This document shows positions 23,531 through 36,479 of a stretch of DNA of 48,652 bases, piece after piece. This DNA comes from Ancylonema sp. (taxonomy: Eukaryota): NCBI GenBank assembly GCA_050230475.1, contig JBFLGF010000226.1, positions 62,001 through 110,652 of the forward strand, in the 5' to 3' direction. The notes beneath the pieces were generated by a model. That model did no database searches, was not told the origin of the DNA, and worked only from the letters and a program-made list of their open reading frames with translations. The translations under genes were made by a program, and so were the position numbers. How positions within the stretch are numbered: position 1 is the first letter of the stretch; each line of letters begins with the position of its first letter.

Positions 23531-26422
23531 TGGGCATCTGTTCTTCTATAGGGAAGATTGGGAAAAAAGTGATCTCTGCCTAGCATCTTTACCACTCACT
23601 ATACGCCACCAGTCAAACAAATTGGAAGTTTATATGACAGACAGTGCTTCACCATCTCTGACCCTCACACCTCGTGCTGCAACTCTCTAATAGAAGGAGA
23701 AGAAGGCCACAACAGACCAAACTGCCCGAGATAGTGAATCCGCACGTGTCAGCCCACGCTGTTCCACTCAATTCGGCTCCCAACCCGAGGAGGCCGTTTT
23801 TTCTACCTTACCACCGGTCAAAATCGTAGCAGGTGATTATGAGGAGAACTATCCCCCTACACCTGGCTCCACACGTATCGACCCTCCACTTGAGTTCACA
23901 GTGGATTACGGGGAGTCGCAAGAAACTATGGACACATCTCAGCAGGCCCAAGTACGACAACAACTGTACGCTGAAATTGAGGACAAAAGTAAGCGCAGAT
24001 GCATTCCTGAGGCGTTGGGACAAGCCAAGTTTATGGACTTCAATAAACCAATTACTTCACGAAACAATGGTTGTCAAACACTCTTACGTGCTGCTGGGTT
24101 CAACGACACAACCAATCTTGTACATACCCCTATGGAATTAGATACCTCAACCATTTCATCCTCAACCATTCAAACCACACCTACCTCACCTCTGCAACCT
24201 CCACTTGCTTCAAGCACTCAGCAATCTTTCAACCAATCTTGTGGATCCAGACCTCTCCAGACTTCCATTTCTGACCCTTCGAACTTGACGAGCTACACGA
24301 GCTTACCGAGGACGAATTGCGCAAACGCTACCACGACATGATCACTGAGCGGAAAATTTTCCAAACCATTATCTTCAAAGCGGCCAATAGAGAGGAAGAG
24401 GCAACCATCACGCGCAAAACGCAAAAACTCATCAAGGAGCACAACTTCATGCTCAACTACAAATATGAGAAGGCACAACTCGAGGTGGCTGCAGCGCGTG
24501 AGGAGGAGAACGAGAAATGGACCCAACGATATGACCTCCAACTGGACACACTCAACTCCACTTGGGCAGACAAGCTGCAAGACCTGGTAGTACACCACGA
24601 TAAGAAACTACTGGATGTTTGTCTGGAAGCTGCTCGTCTGGAGAAGCGGCTGCAGATTGAGATCGGCAAAAATGTATTGCGTGGAGAGAAGAAAACTCCG
24701 ATCCCCATCTCTCCACTAACCAGCTCAGCACCATCGACATCCCTTAGTCGTGCACCTTCTCGTGCTACCAGTAACCCAACTCCACCAGCGGGTGATACCA
24801 TGGACACTACAAAGGTATGGAGACCTGGTACCACTGTTGCGCGGAAAAGGGAGGCGAATTCAACTCACCCCATTTCCCCAAGTGAAGCGCGTCCCGCCAA
24901 CAGGCAGAGGATGCACACTGCATCACCCTCCACGGAACCACATCGCGTAGAGGCTTACCTCATGGATAGCAGACGGTCTACACAAACTACCCCTAGTTAT
25001 TCATCTCAGCTTCCTACTCCCAGAGATCCCGGGCAGGCGATCGTCATGGCAATAGAGATGGAGGCCACAACAAAAAGGCCACTCAGTGCATATGCAACCC
25101 TGCGAGACCCCCGCGACAAAACCGACGTTGCACAACGTCTCGCACGCACGAACACCACTCTGTCAGATTTTACCTTTAAACAACCATCAATTCGTCCTGC
25201 CATGGCGCACCTCCTCAATATAGGCGTTGTTCCTAAAGCCTTCTTTGGAGCTGATCGCAGCACATTGGTGGATTATATTTGCGCGCCAAAAGTCTTGCAT
25301 TTTGGCGACGCCCACTACACAACCATCAGGCGTCAAGGCCAATCACATCTTTGGGAAGCACACCTCAAGATAGAACACGACTACCAACCACCCAAACCTT
25401 CCCTCACCTGGGCAGGCCCAATCTTCCATAGCGCATACGCACTTCCACGCACCATCATCTCCACGCAAGCAACATCTAAAGCTTGTGGACTACACATCTA
25501 CATCCCATTCGGCAATCTAGAGATCGTGGAGATGTGTCTCGAAGGCGGCTCCATCGTGGCCAACGTCACGCCGCAGACAAACTGCATTTTTACAAAAAAT
25601 CGCTATCGGCAAAAGTTGCGCCAGTTGCAACGTCGCTTCCCAAACCAGGTGCCGAACTCTGCAATCGAACACTGCGACGAGATCTTTTAAAAAGCGTCAC
25701 CGACACGACTACGGAGTAGATGGATGCCCTCTGCCGTCAGAAAGGCCCCTTCGACGTGGTCGGCGGCAACTACCCCATGGAGGTGGAGCACACCTACAAC
25801 CCCCTGCGTGGCGGCTACGATCATCGCCTCGCTCCTCTCCTCGCAGTCATCAAGTGTATCCATTACAGCGCCAGGCTCGCTAAGTTCTACTCGGTGCACA
25901 TTTTTTACACCCACATAGGGACACCGGAGTATCCTCCCTGGGTAAATGACCTATACCACGTGGCGCGCGCATTCCTTGGCAACGGTGCAGAGCTCCAACC
26001 ACTTTGTTTCCAAGGTCACGTCCATCGCCCAACTCAGGTTTGGACCAACTACATTACTCCACGCGAGCTGGAACTGGCGCAACCAAACAAGCAGTACCGG
26101 GAACCCTTGCCAACCATCCTGGAACCTGGGCACACTGCTCGAATCATGACCCTTCCCGACCTGGTGAATCACCAGCTCAACCGCATGGGCAACCGCCTTG
26201 CCGTTTTCCCAACCTTGAGTCCTTACCTCTGGACATCCAACTATACGCGGCGATCAGATGGCCGACCAGGCATCGGCATGTTGTTCGATGCACCTTCTCA
26301 GCAATACGTGCCACCTTCCCCATTCGAGATCGAGCGCGCCCTCGGACGACCTGTTGGCTACACGGCGCATGCACGCATCATCTACCCCATGCGCGCATCG
26401 CATCTGGGCCACATGATGGATG
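23531..26422 (+). pseudogene. C1 accessory ORF: low-complexity and coiled-coil region followed by a C5 DNA-methyltransferase-like domain (~25400-26422; last ~17 codons at 30709-30758)
   Basis: ORFs 24317-25690 and 25720-26427; GPFDVVGGNYP, HVHRPTQVWTN, ILEPGH, FPTL, EIERALGRPVGYT, RASHLGHMMD occur in C5-MTase motif order; homologous to 45257-47082. Confidence 0.7.
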
Positions 26423-29400
26423 TATAAGCCTTTGAGTGATTAGACGTGCCGGAGTGATTAGACGTGCCGGAATAATTAGGGGGGCGACAAAACGAACCGT
26501 ACGCAAAAGGATCTCTATCACCGCTGATCAACGAGACAAGAGTTGCGTGTGTGGAACGAATTATTATTGTGATTGCATCGGGGATGGTAATACCCGATGC
26601 GCTTTGTTGTGTGCCGACGGTCGGCACAATTGACCGTCGACTGACAGCTCTTCTACATGTCAACGGCACATGCCGGACATTTCTGACACGACTAAACAAG
26701 CCAATCACGACGCTTCAAACAAATAACGTCTTTAAGCGTCGGAAACATGTCAGGTGTCCGGGCACAAACTTGCCCGGCCCCGCATATAGGCACATCTAGG
26801 AATATTGCTCCCGGTTAGAGTAACCGGTTACAACTGGACTAGCAAGCAAAACATATGGCTATCCAAAATATTCCAACACACCCCCTCGGATGCCATGCTA
26901 AAGTTGGCATAGATGTAGACACAAAAGGTAGTACCCAAGTCATTGCCAAACATGGAGAACCATTGCATAACATATAAGCAGTTTTGGTCTTCCCTAGCAT
27001 ACAAGCGTGCTAGGGGGCCCTATCGACATGCAGCCGTTCGGAAGCCGATCGGAACTCCATGAAGTCGAAAGCTCCAGATCCTTCGTTTAGGCCGAACTGA
27101 ACATACAAAATACCACAAGTGGCGAAAAACAAAAAAACAGAAAATATTTTTGAATTTTTAACTTTTTCAACTTTATGATTCTGAAAATTTTACACTTTCC
27201 AGTCAGAAAAATCTCAAAACAGTAACTTCAAAATTACACCAGTCCTATCAGCACCAACTTTTGACACAAGTTTTTGCAACAATATGATTAGGACATACAT
27301 TCGAAAATTCAGAACAAACTGAAGTTTAAAGTTGAGCAGATCCGCACTTTCTGATCTTAAAGTGTCCTTAAGTGTCCTTAAGCGTTTTCAAGTGTTCTTT
27401 TCAAGGTATTAAGGTAAGAATGTGACTTATCTGGATGAGCTGAAGTTGTTGTACCCTCCCCATTACTTCTTCATGAAAGAAACATAACAACACACCCCGT
27501 GCCAACATGCATGGCATTCGAAACCTCTGATCATAAAAATAAAAGAAAAGACTGACACCCCCAATTCAGTACAACCGTCCAAAACCTAGACTTTTGCTGT
27601 GTCTGTCCAGTAAAACTTGAGGAAGAGCTTTGGTTAGCATATCTGCTGGTTGATTGGCGCCTGGCAAGATACACATATTTTAGTCTCCCCGTGCTGTGGC
27701 ACATTCCCGTTTCGTACCTGCTGTCAGCAGACTCCTCTCCAGACTTTTACTGAATACCCTGCTGGACGCTATACAACCAGCTTTTCAGCTCACTTATCCA
27801 TCCAAATGACTTCAAACTAGATACAATACACCTCTAGTCAACCCTATCAGGCACCTGACTAGCTTTACAGATCAGATCAACAAACGACAAAATACTCAGC
27901 CCAATGTAAAATATTTGCTGGAGTACTGGTGGCAGACTGTGTGCAGACTCCAGAACTGCATTTATCACCCTCAGTCTATCCTCCACAAAAAAAACTTGGG
28001 CAGGAATGCCCCCTACCATAACCAAACATGACTTAAATCTGTCCCACACCCCCTAGCATCAGCTAGCACACCCCCATGACCACTACACCAGACCGCGCAC
28101 ACATCCAGCCGTTAAGTCAGGCGGGGCGTAGGGTTTGGAAGTTAGTAGGTGTGGACTGTTTGTTATGACACCTGTCCTGATCCTGGACCTATCCCTCACT
28201 AGGGCACCCTCATACTTCTTGATATCTGCCTGCTATCACCTAGCAACTCCTCTAGGATCTCATTCCGGTTTTCCTCCCTAAACCACCCAACTTGCCTTCA
28301 AGTTCATGGACTTAGGTGTTACAGGGATGGTTGAAGGTAGGGGTAGAGGCTCATGAGCTTCAACGTATTTGATTTGAGGGAAGGTAAGGGTTGAGGTTTC
28401 AAAGGTTCAGGCATGCGTTGAACTAGATTCACTTGCATCCATCTGGGCTGAATAATGGAGCCCTGCAACAAGAGCAATCCATTATGCCCCCTTTTCACCT
28501 CACACCACTTCCTACCCCCCCTAGTCAAACTAGACACACCCCCCACCTTCAAGTGGAACTCCACATCCCCCCTCTCGTTCAGCCGCGTCATGCTGACCCC
28601 AGGTGCTGCTCAATGCTTGGCACATGGAGTGCCGATCAGCCGGCGATGCACCACTTCCGAGCCACACTGCAAGGCAAGGGTCACGATCCCGCTCCCCTTC
28701 ACCTCGTGGGCTTTGTTGTCAGGCGTGTAGACGGAGTCGGGGCTGGCCAATTGACTATACCCAGGCATGCAATCCGAACTAGGATAGATGTGGTCCGATG
28801 CACCCGAGTCTAAGTTCAAACGCCCCTCTTTCTCCTCATAATCCCCGCCTCCTGCTGAAGATGCTCCATACGCCCTATGGAATGATAAGCAAACAGGATC
28901 GTCGGAGCATGCTGCAACCCTCGCTTGAGCTCTGTCCTTAGACTCGCAATCACTCAATTCATGCCACTGTTTGCCAAGGTAACGGCACTGGATTTCTGCT
29001 CCTCCCTGATGTTTTGATGGGGCCGCCGCTCTGCACTGTGCGGCTTTATGTCCTGGCTGAAGGCACCTATGGCATTTCCGAGCTCCAGCATGGCCTCCGC
29101 CAACGCCTGGTGAAGGACAATTCGCTCTGATGTGGCCAAATTTGTGGCAGCCGAAGCACTCGACGCCTGCAGCGTCTCTGCGACCAGCTCCAGTCCCACC
29201 ACCAGGTCTGCTGCTGCCTCCAGCTCCGCTACCCCCTCCAGGTCCACCATAATGAGCTTGGTGACCTCCTGGCAGCGCCCCCCTTCTTACGTTCATTCAG
29301 CTCCTTTCTGACGTCATCGCGCAGCAGCGCACTCACGATGTGGGGAATCGTAAACAGATGTGGTGACGATTCCGACCACGGCATCAGGCGTCGAGACCAT

Positions 29401-30703
29401 TGGGCTGTAATGAGTGTTTAGGGAGTTGAGCAGTGATCGCCTGCTTCGTAGGAGTTACTGGCGCGCCCAGATTCTTCAAATCCTGGTGTAGCTGCTGCAG
29501 ACGCTTGACATATACGTTGAGGTCCTCCGCCTCAGTCTGTATGATCGCGCTCAGCAACGCCTCGGTGTTCGCGATCTCCTCCCTGCACCTGGTAGAATGT
29601 CCTCAGGGCGTCCCACATTCCGTTCCGGCAGCTGTCGTGCAGTCCGTGACGTGCGTCAGCTCCGAAGGTCCCAAATGTTTGACTATGTAGGACCTGGCAG
29701 CCAGATTGTTCCCATTTCTCGTCTCGAGCTGCAGCAGCTGCTGGGAAATCTGCTGCTCCCTAACCATTCTCTCGACGTCATTCTCTCGACGTCAACGTCG
29801 ATCCCCCTAGCGGCCAATTGCAGCTCGTTGTCTGGTGTCAATGGAAGTATCACGTCTGGGCGACACCTCCGCGGCATGCTGTCCCAATCCATCACCAAAC
29901 GATGCAGCTTCTTGTCCGCCAACCCATATTTGACCTTGAAGGCCCATCCTCTGTAATCTGCTCCAGTGAACTGTGGGATTTGCGACCTATCCGACATTGT
30001 GGCAGCAGTAATTTCTCACTCAGCTCGAGCTCTCACTGCAATTCCTGCACTGCAGCACTCAGCTCGAATTCTTGCAGCGCAATGTGAAAATTCCGTGCAG
30101 CCCTTAACAATTACGAATATATTTGCGTTCACTGGCAGAATATACCGTTCTCAGAGATAATCGCAGCGAAATCGCGTGGAGCCTTTAGTTTTTAACCAAC
30201 ACGGCGTCTGAACTAGACCGCACGTGGGCCCATAACCTATAAGCTTTTGAGTGATTAGACGTGCCGGAATAATTAGGTGGGCGACAAAACGAACCGTACG
30301 CAAAAGAAGATCTCTATCACTGATGATCAACGAGACCAGGAGTTGCGTGTGTGGAACGAATTATAATTGTGATTGCATCGGGGATGGTAATACCCGATGC
30401 GCTTTACAGATTTGTTGGTGTGCCGACGGTCGGCACAATTGACCGTCCGGCCTATCATTGACTGGACAAGCTCTTCTAATATGTCAACGGCACATGGCGG
30501 ACATTTCTTGACACGACTAAACAAGCCAATCACGACGCGTCAAACAAATAACGTCTCTAAGCGTCGGGCAACATGTCAGGTGCCCGGACATAAACTTGCC
30601 CGGCCCCGCATATAAGCACATCTAGGAATATTGCTCCGGTTAGAGTCACCGGTTACAACTGGACTAGCAAGCATAACATATGGCTATCCAAAATATTCCA
30701 ACC
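26423..30703 (-). mobile_element. Ty1/copia copy B2; INT and RT missing and replaced by unrelated DNA
   Basis: LTRs 26423-26878 and 30238-30703; PBS 30225-30237; PPT 26879-26887; imperfect TSD GGATG/GGGTG; gag and PR at 29997-28610; RNaseH tail (NQPADMLTKAL) at ~27570-27710. Confidence 0.9.
28450..29997 (-). pseudogene. copia B2 gag-protease
   Basis: MSDRSQIPQFTGADY start, CFGCHKFGHIRANC, CHRCLQPGHKAAQC, LDSGASDH. Confidence 0.88.
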
Positions 30704-31654
30704 GGGTGGACGCTTCATCCTATTCATGGCGGAAATCCTCCAAGGAACCAAACCATAGGAATCAACCCTCACCTCGGAACAAAGGTATTTACCAACCTCA
30801 ACTCCGGGGAGGAGGGACACTGGATCTTCTGGTTAGATGATTTCTACCAATCCTGCAAAACCTTACGGACGGAACAAATCCAAATGGAAAGACAACAGTC
30901 AACCTGGCGATACGGGCCCACCGGCCTCATTCAAAAGTCCACACACCACATTACGACCTAAAAATGCATCGAAATCGGGTCCACGACCACGACCCTCCAC
31001 TTCCACCAAACTAGTTCCGAAACCAAAATTAAGGCCTAAAATCCCAACGGTCAAACCTACCCTTCCTGGTCCACGACATTCTGGTCTACAGCCCTTGTCT
31101 AGTCAATAGAATAATACCAGGCATCAATCTCAATCATTTCTTGCAACCATGGATATCGAACCAACCACGGAGACACTCTCACCCTACATCTCATGCTCCC
31201 TCTTACCAAAGACGGAAACACCAACAACAACAGCATGACGATTTCTCTTTTCTCATCCACACTTTCAAATACCAACCTCCTACACCACCTACAGTACCAC
31301 CTGTACAACTAAATTTCTCTTTATCACCATATTCTACCTCCATATCCACACTCTTGGATACTCTCAGTTTACCAGATAGCTTGCCAGATTTGCTAGAAGT
31401 ACCATCTTCACCAGATTATGAACACATTGTTTTTACTTATCTGGATGACTATACCATTCCTACCAACACTCAGGGATCTGCACCTGGCCCTGATGCACTT
31501 TTTGCATTATTACGTACAAGGTTCCCCACCACTGGTGATCCTGTATTAGCCTCACCACACAGTACTGTCCCACAACCACGGCGTACTTTTCTCATGTTCT
31601 TACACCAACTCGTCTGTTGCTCTTTCTTAGCTCCTTCACGACCGTTCTACAACT

Positions 31655-31742
31655 GGGGGGGGGGGGTGAGAGTAGCCGGACCACCAAGTCCACCAGATAA
31701 TCTTCTTCTACCACCTCAGACCATCATCGATACCACACGTCA
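31655..31742 (+). repeat. PPT (G12, 31655-31666) plus short B unit (31667-31742) closing C1
   Basis: G12-TGAGAGTAGCC...CACACGTCA, followed by TSD TGGT. Confidence 0.72.
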
Positions 31743-32855
31743 TGGTTAACCCCCCCACAGTGTGCGTAGTGAGCCCTTTGTGTATAGTCGGACTCTTTGT
31801 ATTGCCATGCCCGTGGTAATTTCTTTTGGTTATCCTGTGACTGTCCGTAATTGCCTCCCTTGAATGGTACCATGGCAGTGGTTGACGATGGCGGAGGGTT
31901 AGGACGTGTCGACAAAGGAGGTGAATTCGTCGATGATTTTTCTTTCCGAGGTAAGGGACAATCTCTGGAGTAGTGCCCTTATTGGTGACAATTGTAGCAT
32001 TCAATCGGCTTGTCGGCTCGAGATCGCGGGAGATCTGTAGAGAAGCTGACGTGTCGGAGAGAATTGGATGGAGTCCCCTAGAAGCTTCACCGCTCCAAAT
32101 GTCGACTAGAGCTGAGGTCCGGCCTCTCCTGCTGCTCGGTACTCAGAGCCAACTTTGGTGAGGATGAGTTCGAACCCATCAGTTTTGAGCATGAGCTCCT
32201 CGACTCAGATTGGTGGAGTAAGCGTTGTCTCATACAATTTATTATCAGTCTGTTGAATATACCAAATGTCTACCAGCTCACGAACTCCCTTCGGCAAATG
32301 TTTCTTCAGTTTGACCACCACTTGTTCCGTTGTCATAGCCTTATGCTCGACTACTATCTCTGCACGTTCTTTGAATCGACTGTACAAAGAGGAGACAGAC
32401 TCAGTGGGTGACAATGGTTTAAAATTTTGAATCTTGGTGATGTGTTCATTGATACACTCTCGGATTCGGTCACGTAGTTCCTTGCAGAATTGGGTGAGTT
32501 CGTTGGGTTTTGCTCCGGTTAGCGGTGTCTGTCTGGCCATAGGGGTGGTTGGGAATCTGCTTTGTGTCCGCCAATTATACGTCTCAGAATTCTTATCACG
32601 GTGGGTGTCTCGAGTGGCCATAATAGTTGCATCACCAAGGTTGTCTTTTCTAAACTTTTTCCAGACGTCGTGAGCAACACCCTTTGTAAATTGACCTCCA
32701 TACTTGATGGTATCCCATTGAACATGTCCGTTCCGTTCGTTTGAAGTTTTGTATCTGTAGTATGACCACAATGCATCGATAACTTCCTCTTGTTTCTCAC
32801 CAACCTCTCTAGAATACAAGGGTACTTTATGTTTAGACATGTCGTTTGTTGTGGT

Positions 32856-34348
<1,493 letters not shown>

Positions 34349-34867
34349 GTTGTGGTGTCAAAAATATGTTACGAGGTGACAGTAAAGGGTACTGTCTGTA
34401 TCACATCAACTAGTGTTGCGCCTGTGATGGCCTCTGCTGTAGGTCCACCTAATTGTATTACTACGTCTACAGGTGATTTGTCGAATAGACTGATTGGGAA
34501 AAAAGTTGCGAGTTCACTGAGGTTATTTTCTAACTCGGAATTGTCTATGTTCGCCAGAGTAAAATTCGATGGACTGTCGGGTGAGACCTTTATCAATCGG
34601 TTGGACTAGTCTCTTGTCCATTGCATACACTAGAATGCCAAAATCAAAATCTCCTTCGAGGTATTCGAGAAATTCTTCCTCTGGTCGGGGATTGTCTTTT
34701 TCAGCGGTTACTACTATGCCAATTTCGACTTGGTGAACACTCAAAGCCAGGGTGCTGAGAATTGACAAGGGTGACAGGTCACGGGTATCGGGGGGGGGGA
34801 AAATCTGGTTACACACCTGCCAAAAGTTGCAGACCTCGATGGTACGAAGCTCTTCCGTCGGTCAATT

Positions 34868-36082
34868 TAGAGTAGTTGGTGTACGTTGAATCCCTACTGA
34901 CAACACAAGAATGAAATTCAAGCGTTGTATGTGACTTATCAACGAAGTTTGCCGTAGCTACTACTCGCCGAGAGCTGAGATGCACTCAACGCAAAGTATT
35001 GGGACGTCTAATAAACAATACTGAGGTCAACCACGAATCGCTAATCACAACACTTCACAACACTCGACAGCTACTGGTGATGGGATTCAAGGCATTTATA
35101 CAAGGGTTGCAGAATGGTTGATGATTGGTTGCTTCAGAATACGCACACGATAATGGTCACGATAAATCAACCGTTGCGGTGAATGAACGATTCACGGATT
35201 TAGTAACGGGTGCACACAATTCAAAGGGTGAATTGTCTGACTGAGCTTGCACGAAATGGTGCAGCGAACTTGTAACGATTTCTGATATGAGCAAAACGGC
35301 TGGCAATCAACGACTTGCAAAGGTCACGGTATTGCAAAGGTAACGATAATTCTGACTACGGCAGAACTTCACACGATGCGTATGCAAAACGGCACACGGC
35401 TTTGCAGTTACTTGAGATGCGACAGCACGCACAAGCAAACGATTAATTTCCAAGAGACTTACGGCTGAATGAAGGGACGCGAAGCTTGCAGGGAATCACA
35501 GGAAATATCAACGGCTAAACGGCACACTTTATAGCGATGGTAAACGATTTCATAATACACGAATTTACAAAGATTGCAACAAGATGACAATTGCAATTTT
35601 TTTTGCTGAAATTCAGACAGCGTAAACTGACAGCGGAAGCTGGCAATTCAGAAAGCGACTTTTTCTTTAGTACACTCGACGCGGCTTTTCGCACGCCGAG
35701 TATTCTATATATTATCTTGATCTAGAGTTGAAAACAAATATCGACCTAGACAGATAATCTCGAGTGTCTATTCGGGAGTTATAGATTTTACATGTGCGGC
35801 AACTCACTAGCCAGGCTGGCTGACTAAAATTAACTCGGCGCGCACTGGTAATCTTTTAACTCGTCGATACGACAAAATACTCTAAATCAAAGATTAAAAA
35901 GTGGTACACCGACTTACTGAGCGTAACAAAATTATCAAATCAAGCGTCTGACTGACCGAAACTCATATTACGACAGAGTTCGATATAACGACTAAAAGTC
36001 GACAATTACCAAAATTGTTATATTTCAAGCGGATCGACAGTTAAAAAGTCTTTAGTTTCTAACGATCTCTAGCGGCATGAAA
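34868..36082 (-). repeat. 5' 'A' unit of element D
   Basis: Colinear with 1-1112; minus strand begins ..TCATGCCGCTAGAGATCG; lies upstream of D gag. Confidence 0.85.
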
Positions 36083-36318
36083 GGGGTGCACCCTCGGGGA
36101 GGGAATGCCCGTGTGCGCGGCGTCATCCTAGTCACTCTTGGGGGTGCTGGTAGTTCTCGGGACGCGAACCCCTTGGGGGGGAAGTGTCAGGGAACGGCAT
36201 CTTGATATATATTGTATTCGTGCTGTCCAAGTCCCATCTTGGACATTGTGCCTTTTATGTCCTGTTTATGAAGTTTTCTAAAGCAAGGTCCGGCAACGGT
36301 CGTAATAATCGTAATTTC

Positions 36319-36319
<1 letters not shown>

Positions 36320-36373
<54 letters not shown>

Positions 36374-36467
36374 GTTATTATTATTATTGTTATTATTATT
36401 ATTGTTATTATTATTATTGTTATTATTGTTATTATTATAATTGTTTGTTTTTTTTTTTTTTTTTTTT
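36320..36467 (+). repeat. (TTA/TTG)n microsatellite followed by poly-T
   Basis: Direct reading. Confidence 0.97.
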
Positions 36468-36479
36468 AAAGCAAGAGTT

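Larger units (their letters stand above)
10330..31742 (+). mobile_element. Element C1: gypsy-derived element with A/B termini, gag and a methyltransferase-like ORF; no RT/RH/INT seen
   Basis: TGGT on both sides (10326-10329, 31743-31746); excision restores the host knuckle; starts T(C)TCATGACGCTAGAGATC and ends G12-TGAGAG...CACGTCA. Confidence 0.8.

Noticed and set aside
25400..26422. Calling an active DNA methyltransferase or a host DNMT gene
   Set aside because: No Pro-Cys, FxGxG or ENV motif; stops present; embedded in a TSD-bounded element.
10330..31742. DIRS/tyrosine-recombinase, Penelope or Helitron explanation for the asymmetric ends
   Set aside because: No tyrosine recombinase, GIY-YIG or Rep/helicase is seen; relatives encode an aspartic protease and DDE integrase, and have a PPT, TG..CA ends and TSDs.
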